Origin: a virus
Taxonomy: Duplodnaviria > Caudoviricetes
Length of the DNA stretch: 64,000 bases
Strand: one strand, 5' to 3'
Virus record (IMG/VR): IMGVR_UViG_3300033463_000027
Location: 75,525-139,524 of that record
A program made the position numbers and the translations under genes. Under the pieces are notes generated by a model. That model was not told where the DNA came from and ran no database searches. It saw only the letters and a list, made by a program, of their open reading frames with translations. Of the stretch, positions 37,642 to 48,530 are shown piece by piece. The stretch's first letter is position 1; the number at the start of each line of letters is the position of its first letter.

Positions 37642-40600
37642 TTTACATAATCATACAGAATATAGCTTGCTTGATGCTTATGGCACTCCCGAAGAAATGC
37701 TTAAACGAGCCAAAGAAATTGGGCTGAAAGCGTATGCTATAACAGAGCATGGTAATCAATATTCTTGGGTTTATTTTGATAAGCTCAAAGAGAAATATCC
37801 TGAGATAAAAATAATATATGGTGTTGAACTCTATGAAGTTTTTGATACTTCTGTTAAAGATAATACAGATAAGCGTTTTCATTTGATTGCCCTTGCAAGA
37901 AATGAACAGGGAAGGATTGCGCTTAATAAAATTATCACCAAGTCTAATCTGGAAAACTTCTATTATAAGCCGAGGGTTCAAATAAGCAATATTGCTCCTT
38001 ATGCTAAAGATTTAATAATCACTTCTGCCTGTCTCGCTTCTAAGATTGCAAGAGAAGATGATTACCAGTTGTGCGCAAAGTATATACGAGACTATAAGAG
38101 TGTGTTCCCTTTTTTCTTTCTTGAAATGCAAAGTCACAATACAACAGATCAAAAAGAATACAATCAAAAGATATTGCAGTTATCGAAAGATACTAATACT
38201 CCTTATATAATCACAACTGATAGTCACGCCGCTACCAAAGAAGATTTATATTACCAAGCAAGACACGTTCAAATAGCTCATGATAGTGAAACCATGAGTG
38301 AAAGTTATGAGGATTGTTATTTACAGAGTGAAGAAGAAATCCATAATATAATGGATAGTCAAATAGGTTATAAAGCTGTTTATAAAGGTCTTGCGACCAC
38401 AAATGAAATAGCCGATTATTGCGAAGAAGTCAAGATGCCATTTCAAGATGCACAGCTACCAACTTACCCTCTGCCTGATGGGTTTAAAAGCAATTATGAT
38501 TATCTTAAATATCTGATTGAACGGGGTTGGGCTGAACGCGCTATCAATAATTTATCAGCCGAGGAACAAAAAATATATAGAGACAGAGTTGATTATGAGT
38601 TAAATATAATACATTCTATGAATTTTGATGGCTATTTTCTCATTGTCGCAGATTTTATTGGCTATGCCAAAAATCATGGAGTAAAGATCGGAGCTGGACG
38701 AGGTTCATGTTCGGGAAGTCTTGTATGTTTTTTGATTGGCATAACAAACTTAAACCCAATTAAATACAACTTAATTTTTGAAAGATTTCTAAATCCTGAA
38801 AGAATCTCCATGCCAGATACCGACACTGATGTATCGGATAGGGCGACAGTAATAAATTATCTTATTGACAAATATGGTGAAAATCGAGTTTGTCAAATAA
38901 TCAACTTTTCATATATTACTCCAACAGTTGCTATTAAGGACGTTGGAAAGGTGCTTGGTTTTAAATTCAATGAGATGGATAAGCTGTCAAAGAAATTTTC
39001 TTATGACACTTTTGATGAATGTATCGAGCATAATAGAGAATTTGTTGACAATCACCCTGAGTATACCGAGTTGTTTTCAATTGCTAAAAAGCTCAGTGGT
39101 CGTATAAAAACTGTTTCTGCTCATGCTGGCGGTGTAGGTATAGTAGATACTGCTATCACAGACTATATGGCTATGAAGTTGGGAACTAAAGATGAACACG
39201 TTATTTCGGTTGATAAAAGAGTAATTGAAGAAATTGGAATTATTAAATTTGATATACTTGGAGTTCAAACTTTAAGTATGGTTCAAGAGATTCAAGAGGA
39301 TTTAGGCTTATCAGATTGGGATTTGGATATTAACAATCCAAAGTTTGAAAATGATACAACTCCTTTTGAATTGTTAAAGACCACAAAAACAAATGGCGTG
39401 TTCCAAGTTGAATCTGCTGGCATGAAAGACCTTTTGGGCAGACTACAAGCGAACAATATGGAAGAGTTGTCTGCGGTGCTTGCACTTTATCGTCCTGACA
39501 GTATGCCAGCTCTTGAAGAATTTATTGCTTGCAAACATGATAATTCGTTGGTTCACTATATTCACGATGACATGAAACCAATTCTTGAAAGCACTTATGG
39601 CTGTATGATTTATCAGGAACAGCTCTTGGATATTGTTCGCACTTTTGGTGGTAGGTCTTATGGAGGGGCAGACCTTTTTCGCAAAGCGATCGGCAAAAAG
39701 AATAAGGAACTTGTACAACAAGAGTCCAAAAAACTCTATCAAGAAATAATGGAAAATGGTTACTCAGAAGAAATTGCCAAAACAATCAGTGATGATTTGG
39801 CAGAGAAAGGCGGGTACCTCTTTAATAAGAGCCATAGTTATAGTTATGCAGTTCTTTGTTTCCAAACCGCCTACCTCAAAGCTAACTACCCTGTTTATTT
39901 CTTTAAGGCTCTTTTTAATCTTAATAAGAACAAGGCAGGAGCTTTAAACAAATATATTCTTGACGCTAAAGATTTTAAGGTGACGATTTTACCGCCAAAT
40001 ATTAACCAGTCTGAGATGAACTTCTCAGTTGTAGATAATAAGGTTCTTTTTGGGTTGTCTGCTATTTCGGGCATTGGTGAAAATGTGGCTGCGGAAATCA
40101 TAGAGGAACGTAATACAAACGGCAAATTTAAGAATTTTCAAGACCTTTTAAACAGAGTAGATTTGTCAAAGTCTCAAATTGTTTCTCTTATCAAAGCAGG
40201 AGCTATCCCTACCAAAGATAAAAAGAAATGCTTGATAAACTATCTTAAAAGCCAATATATTCCACTAACTTTCAAGCCTGTTTCTAAAGCACCAAGCTAC
40301 GAAAAGTTGATAACAGACTATGGTTTTGACTTAGAAAAATACAGAACTGGTACAAAGAAGTACGATTATGATAAAGAAAGAATCCTTACCGATTATAACG
40401 TCCTAAAAGAAAAAGCGTTCAATCAACAGCAGACAGAACGTTTTCAGAAATATATTGACGATAATAAGAAGTATCTTGCTGATGAACAGTTTTGGGAATT
40501 TGAAGCACTTCAAATCTTTATAAACAACAATCCTTTTGAGGAAGCGTACAAGTATATTCAATCGCAGTTTGAAGATATAAATGAGGGCGATAAGTGCGTT

Positions 40601-40861
40601 GTGGTAGGTGTGATTTCAAGAGTTCAAAAGAAGAAAGACAGAAACAAGAATCAGTTTGCGTTTATTAACATTTATTCTTCCTTTGGATTGATCGAGGGAA
40701 CTGTATGGCATTCGACCTACAAACAGTTTGAAGAACTGATTTATAAAGGAAGTCAAATAGCTATTGTGGGTAAGAAGCTGGGTGATGAAAACATAGCGGT
40801 TGAACAGATTAAAACTTATCAGCAATGGTTAAAGGACAGAAAAATTAAAATAGGGAAGTGA
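37631..40861 (+). CDS. dnaE: DNA polymerase III alpha subunit
   Basis: LHNHTEYSLLD PHP domain, GAGRGS, FERFLNPERISMPDTDTD, KFDILG, FNKSHS. Confidence 0.96.
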   Translation: MYSSLHNHTEYSLLDAYGTPEEMLKRAKEIGLKAYAITEHGNQYSWVYFDKLKEKYPEIKIIYGVELYEVFDTSVKDNTDKRFHLIALARNEQGRIALNKIITKSNLENFYYKPRVQISNIAPYAKDLIITSACLASKIAREDDYQLCAKYIRDYKSVFPFFFLEMQSHNTTDQKEYNQKILQLSKDTNTPYIITTDSHAATKEDLYYQARHVQIAHDSETMSESYEDCYLQSEEEIHNIMDSQIGYKAVYKGLATTNEIADYCEEVKMPFQDAQLPTYPLPDGFKSNYDYLKYLIERGWAERAINNLSAEEQKIYRDRVDYELNIIHSMNFDGYFLIVADFIGYAKNHGVKIGAGRGSCSGSLVCFLIGITNLNPIKYNLIFERFLNPERISMPDTDTDVSDRATVINYLIDKYGENRVCQIINFSYITPTVAIKDVGKVLGFKFNEMDKLSKKFSYDTFDECIEHNREFVDNHPEYTELFSIAKKLSGRIKTVSAHAGGVGIVDTAITDYMAMKLGTKDEHVISVDKRVIEEIGIIKFDILGVQTLSMVQEIQEDLGLSDWDLDINNPKFENDTTPFELLKTTKTNGVFQVESAGMKDLLGRLQANNMEELSAVLALYRPDSMPALEEFIACKHDNSLVHYIHDDMKPILESTYGCMIYQEQLLDIVRTFGGRSYGGADLFRKAIGKKNKELVQQESKKLYQEIMENGYSEEIAKTISDDLAEKGGYLFNKSHSYSYAVLCFQTAYLKANYPVYFFKALFNLNKNKAGALNKYILDAKDFKVTILPPNINQSEMNFSVVDNKVLFGLSAISGIGENVAAEIIEERNTNGKFKNFQDLLNRVDLSKSQIVSLIKAGAIPTKDKKKCLINYLKSQYIPLTFKPVSKAPSYEKLITDYGFDLEKYRTGTKKYDYDKERILTDYNVLKEKAFNQQQTERFQKYIDDNKKYLADEQFWEFEALQIFINNNPFEEAYKYIQSQFEDINEGDKCVVVGVISRVQKKKDRNKNQFAFINIYSSFGLIEGTVWHSTYKQFEELIYKGSQIAIVGKKLGDENIAVEQIKTYQQWLKDRKIKIGK

Positions 40862-40866
40862 TATTT

Positions 40867-43098
40867 TTGGCTGATGAATTATTGAAGTTTACAATTATTC
40901 CTGAACAGCAAAGATTTTATAATGAGAACTCTCATTGGGGAGTATATGTGTTTTCTACTGATGATAAAATTCCCGAATACTATATGAGCGATGTAAGATT
41001 TGAAGAAAATGAAATCCCTCGTAGATTTAGTGTTATCGCAGGATCAATGCAGCAGTTGACTATGGGTGCAAAATATGAAGTTGAAGCTGTTTTGGAATAC
41101 AATGCAAAATACAAGCAATATCAATATACTCCCAAGATGATTACAAGCTGTACTCCTAAGACGTATGACGAACAGGTAGCATACTTAAAGACACAGGTTA
41201 CAGAACTGCAAGCCAAAAATATTTTGAGTGTTTATCCTAATGTGGTTGCTGATATTATTGAGGGGAAAGATATTGATTTTACTCCGATCAATGGTATTGG
41301 CGAATACACTTGGAACAGAATCAAAAATAACGTAATTGAAAATTATGCTATTTCAGATGTGTTAATTATGTTACAGCCTTTGGGAGTAACATATAAAACA
41401 ATCTCCAAGTTGATTTCCGATAGTACAAGTCCTACTGTTTTAAAGCAACAATTACTGGACAACCCTTATATCCTTACGAAAGTAAAGGGTATGGGGTTCA
41501 AGAGAGTTGATGAAATTGCTTTAAAACTCAATTCCGATATTAAGGTGTCGTTAAAACGAGTGGTTGCTTTTATAAAGTATTATCTTCATTCCATTGCAAA
41601 TGATAGTGGTAACACATGGGTAGCTCTTAATGTACTTGACGAGGGAGTAGGTGATACTATTCCTGAGTGCTTAGAAATTTATCAAGGGTTTATTGAGCAG
41701 CAAAAAAATGATGGAATGTTCCTTTATATTGAGGGTAATAAAGTAGGTCTTGTCAAGTACAGGGAGCAAGAACTGAATATTATTAACATACTGAAATACC
41801 TCGATAAGATCGAAACTGATTATGAGTTGGACATTCCCAAAGGAATTGCCGAAGCAGAAGAACAGTGCGGTTTTAAGTTTACTGTTGAACAGATTGACAC
41901 AGTTAATAAGGTTTGCCATCATAATATAGGCATCTTCTCAGGCAAATCGGGTTGTGGTAAGTCAACCATATTAAGGGCAATCACCAACATTTATAAAAAT
42001 AGTGGCAAGTCAATTGCTTGTTGCGCTTTGTCTGCGAAGGCAGCTCAAAGAATCACAGAAACAACGGGACGTGCAGCTATAACCATTCATCGTTTACTTA
42101 AATGGAATGGTAATGAGTTCAAGATGAATCAAGATAACAGGCTCGATTATGATGTGATTATTGTAGACGAGACTTCAATGATTAATACTCATATATTCTA
42201 TGCTTTAGTTAAAGCAGTTAAAGAGGGCGCAAGAATAGTTATGTGCGGTGATGATGGTCAGTTACCTCCTATCGGAGAGGGTAATATTTTTCATGACTTG
42301 CTTATGTACGATGATACATTTGCTTGCTGTAAACTCACCAAGATAATGAGACAAGCTGAGAAATCTGGCATTGTAACTGATGCGGCAAAGATACGCGAAA
42401 ATATTTCTCCATTAGATAGACCTGAGTTAAAGGTTTCTACCGGAGAATTGAACGACATGACTTATATGTTCAGGGACAATCGTGAGGGCATGAGAGAGCT
42501 TGCGATTAAACTATACCTTAAAGCTATCGAACAGTCTGGTGTTGATAATACTATCATCATTACGCCCTGTAAACAAAATCGTACCAATAGCACGTTTGAG
42601 ATCAACAGTATCATTCAAGATGAATTAATTCCTGATACAGTACAGAGTATTAAATTTGGGATTAAGGAATTTAGAGTAGGTGCAAAGGTTATTCAGCGTA
42701 GTAACAATTATGATTTAAACGTATTCAACGGCGAGGTTGGGTTTATTACTGATATTTTTAAATGTGATGGTAAGAACATGGTTCGCATTGATTTTGGCAA
42801 TGGCAAGATTATTGATTTTGAACAGTCGCTACTTGCTGATGTAGAACTGGCTTATGCTTTGACTTGTCATTTAACACAGGGTTCAGAATATCAGAATGTC
42901 ATTTGCATTATTGACAATACCCACTACAAGCTGTTAGACAGTTGTTTACTTTACACAGCTATAACAAGAGCAAAGAAAAAGTGTTTGTTGATTGCAGAAC
43001 CTTCGGCGTTTAGAAGATGTATTCAAAACAAGGCAAGTGATAGAAACACTTGGCTAAGTTATTATAAGGATAATGAAAATAAAGAAGAGGTGGTCTGA
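40867..43098 (+). CDS. RecD2-like SF1B helicase
   Basis: GKSGCGKS, TIHRLL, DETSM, GDDGQLPPIG, TCHLTQGSEY, LYTAITRA. Confidence 0.92.
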   Translation: MADELLKFTIIPEQQRFYNENSHWGVYVFSTDDKIPEYYMSDVRFEENEIPRRFSVIAGSMQQLTMGAKYEVEAVLEYNAKYKQYQYTPKMITSCTPKTYDEQVAYLKTQVTELQAKNILSVYPNVVADIIEGKDIDFTPINGIGEYTWNRIKNNVIENYAISDVLIMLQPLGVTYKTISKLISDSTSPTVLKQQLLDNPYILTKVKGMGFKRVDEIALKLNSDIKVSLKRVVAFIKYYLHSIANDSGNTWVALNVLDEGVGDTIPECLEIYQGFIEQQKNDGMFLYIEGNKVGLVKYREQELNIINILKYLDKIETDYELDIPKGIAEAEEQCGFKFTVEQIDTVNKVCHHNIGIFSGKSGCGKSTILRAITNIYKNSGKSIACCALSAKAAQRITETTGRAAITIHRLLKWNGNEFKMNQDNRLDYDVIIVDETSMINTHIFYALVKAVKEGARIVMCGDDGQLPPIGEGNIFHDLLMYDDTFACCKLTKIMRQAEKSGIVTDAAKIRENISPLDRPELKVSTGELNDMTYMFRDNREGMRELAIKLYLKAIEQSGVDNTIIITPCKQNRTNSTFEINSIIQDELIPDTVQSIKFGIKEFRVGAKVIQRSNNYDLNVFNGEVGFITDIFKCDGKNMVRIDFGNGKIIDFEQSLLADVELAYALTCHLTQGSEYQNVICIIDNTHYKLLDSCLLYTAITRAKKKCLLIAEPSAFRRCIQNKASDRNTWLSYYKDNENKEEVV

Positions 43099-43100
43099 CC

Positions 43101-43394
43101 ATGTGGATAAGAACAATTAACACACAAAACAAAGAAATCCTCATTAACCTTGACAAAATCGAGAGTATACAATTCCTCGACCAAAAGAACGAAACTATCC
43201 TTATACCCGCCACAGACCCCGAAGGTGCAGCTTATACTATCAAAGGTACTCCCGATAGAATCTTTGAATTGCTTGAACAGAAAGGTATGGTCGAGGTTTT
43301 ACCGTTGCCGAGAGAAGAGGAAGATGAAGAAGAATGTAATATTGCCGATGAGGAATGGCGTGAGTGGGCAAGAAAAATGCTTAAACAGGAGTGA
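43101..43394 (+). CDS. hypothetical protein
   Basis: GAGGTGG RBS. Confidence 0.6.
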   Translation: MWIRTINTQNKEILINLDKIESIQFLDQKNETILIPATDPEGAAYTIKGTPDRIFELLEQKGMVEVLPLPREEEDEEECNIADEEWREWARKMLKQE

Positions 43395-43399
43395 TTAAC

Positions 43400-43792
43400 A
43401 TGAAACGCAAATACTTGGATGATTTGGGGATAAAAGACAGACATGATCTGTGGAACCCCAATGACAATAGACAATCAATATGGCAAAGACAAAGAAGGGA
43501 ATATGGTTTTGACGAACGTGAAACATGGTCGCTGGACAGCGCGTTTTATCTTTGGCTTTACGAGAGATTAAAGATGTATCTTGAATACGCCAGTAAAATA
43601 GTAAATTTAGACTTTCATGAGTTCGTCTATAAAGGTGAGAAGTACACTCAAAAGCAATTGATTAATATGATGATTGAACGATTAGAAAATTACTTTGCTA
43701 ACAAGTATGACACCGAGAGCGAAGAAGAAAGTAGCCGCTTGGACGAGGTTGCAGAGATTTGGGCGTTGGTGTTACCCGCGATGTGGTGGTGA
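43400..43792 (+). CDS. conserved hypothetical phage protein
   Basis: GFDERETWSLD motif. Confidence 0.65.
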   Translation: MKRKYLDDLGIKDRHDLWNPNDNRQSIWQRQRREYGFDERETWSLDSAFYLWLYERLKMYLEYASKIVNLDFHEFVYKGEKYTQKQLINMMIERLENYFANKYDTESEEESSRLDEVAEIWALVLPAMWW

Positions 43793-44117
43793 GATTATGA
43801 AGCTAAATCAGTATGATGTAGATACTTACGAACAGGTTTTGCATAGTATAGGTATTGATGTAGTAGATAGAACCGCTGTTGTGTCAACGAGTAACACTAA
43901 TTATTTTTATGATGTAAGCATGATCCCCATGTCAGAGCGTAGGTTAATGGGGGATGAGGTAAGAGTAGATAACAATGTTATAGTTTGTTTTGATAGGTTG
44001 GAAGTTAAACGCGAGGGATTGATTGCATATTTATCTGCATTAGTTTCAATAGATTATATTTCTATAAAAAATGATTGTGGATTATGGTATCATGATTCAA
44101 ACGTGTATGCAATACAA

Positions 44118-45387
44118 TAATGGTCAGCGAAGATTCCCCACCCTCTAAGCGACAACGTAGGGCGGGGAGGAATCGCATAGAAAGGTGGTGAATAAATGTT
44201 TAGAGCGTATAAGATGAGGATATTTCCTACAGAAGAACAAAAGGTGCTTATTGTTAAGACTTTTGGTTGTTGTCGTTGGTATTGGAATCAGGCTTTACAT
44301 GACAATATAGAATACTACAAAGAGAATGGCAAAGGCAAAATTACTACTCCTGCAAAATATAAAACTGAGAACGAATGGCTTAAAGAAGTAGATTCTATGG
44401 CATTATGTAATACCCAAATGGATTTACAATCTGCTTTTTCCAAATTCTTTTCTCAACCAAAGACTGGATTCCCTAAGTATAAGTCTAAGAAAAGACCGAA
44501 GAATAGTTATAAGACAACAAGGTCAAAGGGATATGAAGTGACAGATGATTATATTAAGTTGCCAAAACTTAAAGAAGTCAAACTTGTTAATCATCGTCAT
44601 AAAACAGGAATTTGCAAATCAGCTACAATATCTCTTACTTCGTCTGGACAGTATTATGTATCTTGTCTGTTTAAAGAAGAAGTGGATTTATTACCCGCAA
44701 CTGATAAAGAAATAGGTGTGGATTTAGGTCTTGTTGATTTAGCAATATGTTCAGATGGAACTAAGTTTCCTGTACTACGATCATTGAGAAAAAATTTATC
44801 AAAATTAAAACGAGAACAACGAAAACTAAGTAAAATGGTTTATGGCAGTAATTGCTATCTAAAACAAAAACAAAGAGTAGCAAAACTACATGAGCATATA
44901 GCAAATCAGCGCAAGGATTATTTGCATAAAATAAGTCACAAACTCATAAACGAGAACCAAGTTGTGTGTTTGGAGGACTTAAACGTAAAAGGACTTCTGA
45001 AAAATCATCATTTAGCGTTATCAATATCTGATGTTGGTTGGTCTGAATTTGTATCTATGTTGCAATACAAAGCCGATTGGTATGGTAGAACAATACAGAA
45101 GATAGGCAGATTCTATTCAAGCAGTCAGATTTGCAGTTATTGTGGTTATAAATCAGGAAAGAAACCGTTGCATATTAGAGAATGGACTTGCCCTGAATGC
45201 GGAACACATCATGACCGAGATGTGAATGCAGCTAAAAACATACTGCAAGAAGGTAAAAGACTTTTGGCGGCAAGCACCTGCCGTAACAGGCAATTTATGC
45301 TCTCGGATAAGCTATCTCAGCCTAAAAATGAGATAGCGAAGCTGAATCGAGTTGCAAGCTCCGTCCTCTTAGGTTGGAGTGGTTGAC
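44118..45387 (+). mobile_element. non-autonomous IS200/IS605 (IS1341-like) TnpB element
   Basis: Left hairpin GATT-CCCCACCCT..AGGGCGGGG-AGGAAT; right end CAAG-hairpin-TTGAC; left boundary uncertain by a few bases. Confidence 0.85.
44196..45386 (+). CDS. tnpB: RNA-guided endonuclease TnpB
   Basis: HTH_OrfB N-terminus, [25 protein letters not shown] all intact. Confidence 0.95.
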   Translation: MFRAYKMRIFPTEEQKVLIVKTFGCCRWYWNQALHDNIEYYKENGKGKITTPAKYKTENEWLKEVDSMALCNTQMDLQSAFSKFFSQPKTGFPKYKSKKRPKNSYKTTRSKGYEVTDDYIKLPKLKEVKLVNHRHKTGICKSATISLTSSGQYYVSCLFKEEVDLLPATDKEIGVDLGLVDLAICSDGTKFPVLRSLRKNLSKLKREQRKLSKMVYGSNCYLKQKQRVAKLHEHIANQRKDYLHKISHKLINENQVVCLEDLNVKGLLKNHHLALSISDVGWSEFVSMLQYKADWYGRTIQKIGRFYSSSQICSYCGYKSGKKPLHIREWTCPECGTHHDRDVNAAKNILQEGKRLLAASTCRNRQFMLSDKLSQPKNEIAKLNRVASSVLLGWSG

Positions 45388-45567
45388 TAATGGTAACTTA
45401 TTTTCAATAGCATTAAAGGGATTGTCTCATGAATATGTACTTGATGTATTAGATCACACTACCAAAGAAGAATGGCACGAAGGCACAGTCCTCGTTGAAC
45501 AACGCCTTGCTGAATTTTCGCAAGAAGATAATAAAGAAAGATTTGATTTGTAAAAAGGAGAATAATT

Positions 45568-46467
45568 ATGGAACACAAGAAGTTTATGGACATTGAAAGA
45601 ATTAAAGAAGGATATGCGACTGGTTTTAATAAGGGAGATTTTATCTACATCGAAGAGAAGATCGACGGAAGTAATGCTGCAATCAGGTATGATAAAACAA
45701 CCAACTCAATAGTAGCGCAGAGTCGTAAGCAGATACTTACTCCAACTAATAATCTGCGTGGGTTCTATGAGTTTGCACAGCGGCTCGATGTTGATAAGAT
45801 TAAGAAGGAACTTGGCGACAACTTGATCGCTTACGGGGAGTGGGCTGTCCCTCACACCGTCAAATATCCTGATGATAAGTACAATAATTTCTATATGTTC
45901 GACGTATACGATTTGGAAACACAGTCTTATCTGCCGCAGAACAAAGTCATAGCTATCGCTGAAAATCTCGGATTAACGATGGTTCCCATATTCTATGTAG
46001 GTGAGTTTATCTCATGGGAACATTGTATGAGCTTCGTTGGTAAGTCTGAATTGGGTGCAGAAAGTGGGGAAGGAATCATTGTTAAGAGCCAAACAAGATT
46101 AAACGATCCCGATTATCGCCACCCATTCTATCTGAAAATTGTTGGTGAAAAGTTCTGCGAAACAAAAGCGCATGGACATATAAAGCAGACCAATCCTGAT
46201 GTTCTTGCAAAACTTGAAGCAGATAGGGAACTTGCAGAAACCATTGTAACCGAAGCAAGAGTTACAAAAATTTTACACAAGATGGTCGATGAAGGAATAA
46301 TCCCTGCGGATTGGGGTAGTCATGATATGGGAACTATTGCAAAGAATTTGCCCCGTTTGGTGTATGAGGATTGTGTTAAGGAAGAGTCTGAAACAGTTAA
46401 TGCAATTAATAACTTTGGAAAGATAGCAAACTCGATTGCAATGGGTGTAGTGAGAAATAAGCTTTAA
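45568..46467 (+). CDS. Rnl2-family RNA ligase
   Basis: EEKIDGSN, YGEW, FDV, EGIIVK nucleotidyltransferase motifs. Confidence 0.85.
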   Translation: MEHKKFMDIERIKEGYATGFNKGDFIYIEEKIDGSNAAIRYDKTTNSIVAQSRKQILTPTNNLRGFYEFAQRLDVDKIKKELGDNLIAYGEWAVPHTVKYPDDKYNNFYMFDVYDLETQSYLPQNKVIAIAENLGLTMVPIFYVGEFISWEHCMSFVGKSELGAESGEGIIVKSQTRLNDPDYRHPFYLKIVGEKFCETKAHGHIKQTNPDVLAKLEADRELAETIVTEARVTKILHKMVDEGIIPADWGSHDMGTIAKNLPRLVYEDCVKEESETVNAINNFGKIANSIAMGVVRNKL

Positions 46468-46479
46468 GGAGAATTAACT

Positions 46480-46881
46480 ATGATAAGATTTCCAGAAACA
46501 ATAAACAATGTGACTTATGATAACTTCTGCAACTGCGTAGAAGCGTTAAAGAAATGGGATAACTTTGCCGATGAACTTGAAGAAATTACTGGTCATGGAA
46601 TAGTTATATGGGAAATAAACGAGCTTACAGGAATAAACACCCAACTTGTGCATTTCTTAGCAAAAGCACTCAATGATGGTACAGAAGCAATTATGTATTT
46701 TCTATACGAACTTGAATATGGTGAAAGATATGCTTTTGGTGACTGCGATTATGACTACCGTGGAACAGGTGAGATTATAGAAACTCCGCTGCGTAATGAA
46801 AAAGAACTGTGGCTGTTCCTTGCACTCGATAATCAGATCATTGACAAGAATGAGTATCAAACCTTATTGGCGAAAGGGTGA
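46480..46881 (+). CDS. hypothetical protein
   Basis: AAGGAG RBS. Confidence 0.65.
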   Translation: MIRFPETINNVTYDNFCNCVEALKKWDNFADELEEITGHGIVIWEINELTGINTQLVHFLAKALNDGTEAIMYFLYELEYGERYAFGDCDYDYRGTGEIIETPLRNEKELWLFLALDNQIIDKNEYQTLLAKG

Positions 46882-46885
46882 TAGT

Positions 46886-47176
46886 ATGACGTTTGAAGAA
46901 AAGTATGGTTGCTTCACCAATTACCAAAATGAAACTGCGCGTAAGGCTTTAGAGTTTAATAAGGGTGAGTTGCATACTTTAGAAGTCGCTTTGAGGTTTG
47001 GCAATGATTATGCAGTAAGAACCAATCTTCCTTATAGTGAGATTGAGAATAGGTATAATAAATTAAAAGAATTAGTTGCTTATCTTGAAAAGCTGTTAAA
47101 ATCGAATGGTAGAATTATTGACCCTCTTTATAGGGCATATTGGATTTCAATTAAAGACAAAGAATACGAGGTGTAA
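46886..47176 (+). CDS. hypothetical protein
   Basis: AAGGGTG RBS before ATG 46886. Confidence 0.6.
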   Translation: MTFEEKYGCFTNYQNETARKALEFNKGELHTLEVALRFGNDYAVRTNLPYSEIENRYNKLKELVAYLEKLLKSNGRIIDPLYRAYWISIKDKEYEV

Positions 47177-47177
47177 C

Positions 47178-47762
47178 ATGAATGACCATATAAACAAAAC
47201 AAAACCACAGGACGTAGTTATTCTGATCGACATAGACGATGTGCTTACATACTTTGTCCCTGCGTGGGTCAAATGGCTCAACGATAAGTATGGGCTTGAC
47301 GTTAGGTATGAAGATATAACCGAGTGGGAGGTAGCAAAATTCTTCCCCACACTTACACCAGAGCAAGTGTTTGAACCTTTAGGTACAAGAGAGTTCTGTG
47401 AAAGTGTACAGGTCAGACCCGATGCCGTGGAGTACGTCAAGAAGTTGCATGACATGGGTTATCAGATTTATCTTTGTACTGCGACTAACTATCACAATAT
47501 CAAGGATAAATATGAGGTTATAATTAAGCAACATCTTCCTTACATTGATTGGGCGCACGTTATTGTGACTTCCAAAAAGCAAATGATTAGAGGGGATTAT
47601 TTAATAGACGATTGTGTAGACAATCTGATAGGTGGCGAGTACATACCCATTTGCATGGCAGTTCCGCATAATGAATATCTTGGTTCGCCCGGAAGATGTG
47701 ATAACTGGAAAGATATTTACAATTGGATTATGTTTTGTGAAAGAAAGCAGGGGCGACTGTGA
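47178..47762 (+). CDS. 5'(3')-deoxyribonucleotidase (NT5C, HAD family)
   Basis: DIDDVL motif I, K..IRGDYLIDD, PHN. Confidence 0.85.
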   Translation: MNDHINKTKPQDVVILIDIDDVLTYFVPAWVKWLNDKYGLDVRYEDITEWEVAKFFPTLTPEQVFEPLGTREFCESVQVRPDAVEYVKKLHDMGYQIYLCTATNYHNIKDKYEVIIKQHLPYIDWAHVIVTSKKQMIRGDYLIDDCVDNLIGGEYIPICMAVPHNEYLGSPGRCDNWKDIYNWIMFCERKQGRL

Positions 47763-47977
47763 TGAAAGATTTTGAAGCCTATTTTTGTCCCATACCTTAT
47801 TATGGTCACGATGAGGAAGAGAGGATTAGACCTCAAAAGCCCAAAGTAATCAAATACTTTTATGGAGAGTATTACGAGTGTCCTAATTGTAAGTTGATGA
47901 TTATGCAGCATGAAACAAAAGATACGAATTATTGTAAGAAGTGTGGGCAGAAGTTTGATTGGAATGGAATAATTTAA
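47762..47977 (+). CDS. zinc-ribbon phage protein
   Basis: CPNC and YCKKCGQKFDW. Confidence 0.65.
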   Translation: MKDFEAYFCPIPYYGHDEEERIRPQKPKVIKYFYGEYYECPNCKLMIMQHETKDTNYCKKCGQKFDWNGII

Positions 47978-48112
47978 GGGTGATGATATGTTTATCTTTA
48001 CATGGCTTAGTAATCATAAGCTACAAACAAATGCTGAACTAATATTATTTGGTATTCTTATTTTTATGATAATTATATTTTTTATTATAGGTATAATATG
48101 GAATGAAAGGGT

Positions 48113-48529
48113 GTGAGTAACATAATGAATGACGATAACACTATTTTTATGGTTTCCAGACAAGCAATCCTTAATCAAATAGACAGAGAAACAAAGAACA
48201 CCTCTCCAAGTCTATACGACAAAGAAGATAAATTCATGGAGTTCATGGACGATGAAAACACCTCTGAGTTTGGTAGATGGCAATGGGCAAATGGATATAA
48301 TGCCGCGTTAGTGACTATAAGGTTGTTTGTTGAGAAAATGAAGAGTATAGATATGATGATCGAGATTGGTAAACCAGTCAAGGCAGTAGAACTTGCAATG
48401 GTAATGCCTTATTCAGAACATGAGATATTGGGCGCGTTATCTGATGGAACTTATCAAGGTCTTATTATGAAAGACGATGGTGCGTGGGTAGTTACAGATG
48501 AAGCAAGAGATTTGTGGGAGTGTGAGTGA
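48113..48529 (+). CDS. hypothetical protein
   Basis: Packed ORF. Confidence 0.6.
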   Translation: MSNIMNDDNTIFMVSRQAILNQIDRETKNTSPSLYDKEDKFMEFMDDENTSEFGRWQWANGYNAALVTIRLFVEKMKSIDMMIEIGKPVKAVELAMVMPYSEHEILGALSDGTYQGLIMKDDGAWVVTDEARDLWECE

Positions 48530-48530
48530 T

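Larger units (their letters stand above)
43797..45553 (+). pseudogene. hypothetical gene interrupted by the TnpB element
   Basis: 5' part 43797-44120; a start-less 54-codon open frame resumes at 45389-45553. Confidence 0.6.

Noticed and set aside
44118-44195. IStron (group I intron plus TnpB) explaining the interrupted gene
   Set aside because: Under 80 nt lie between the left end and tnpB, leaving no room for an intron core.
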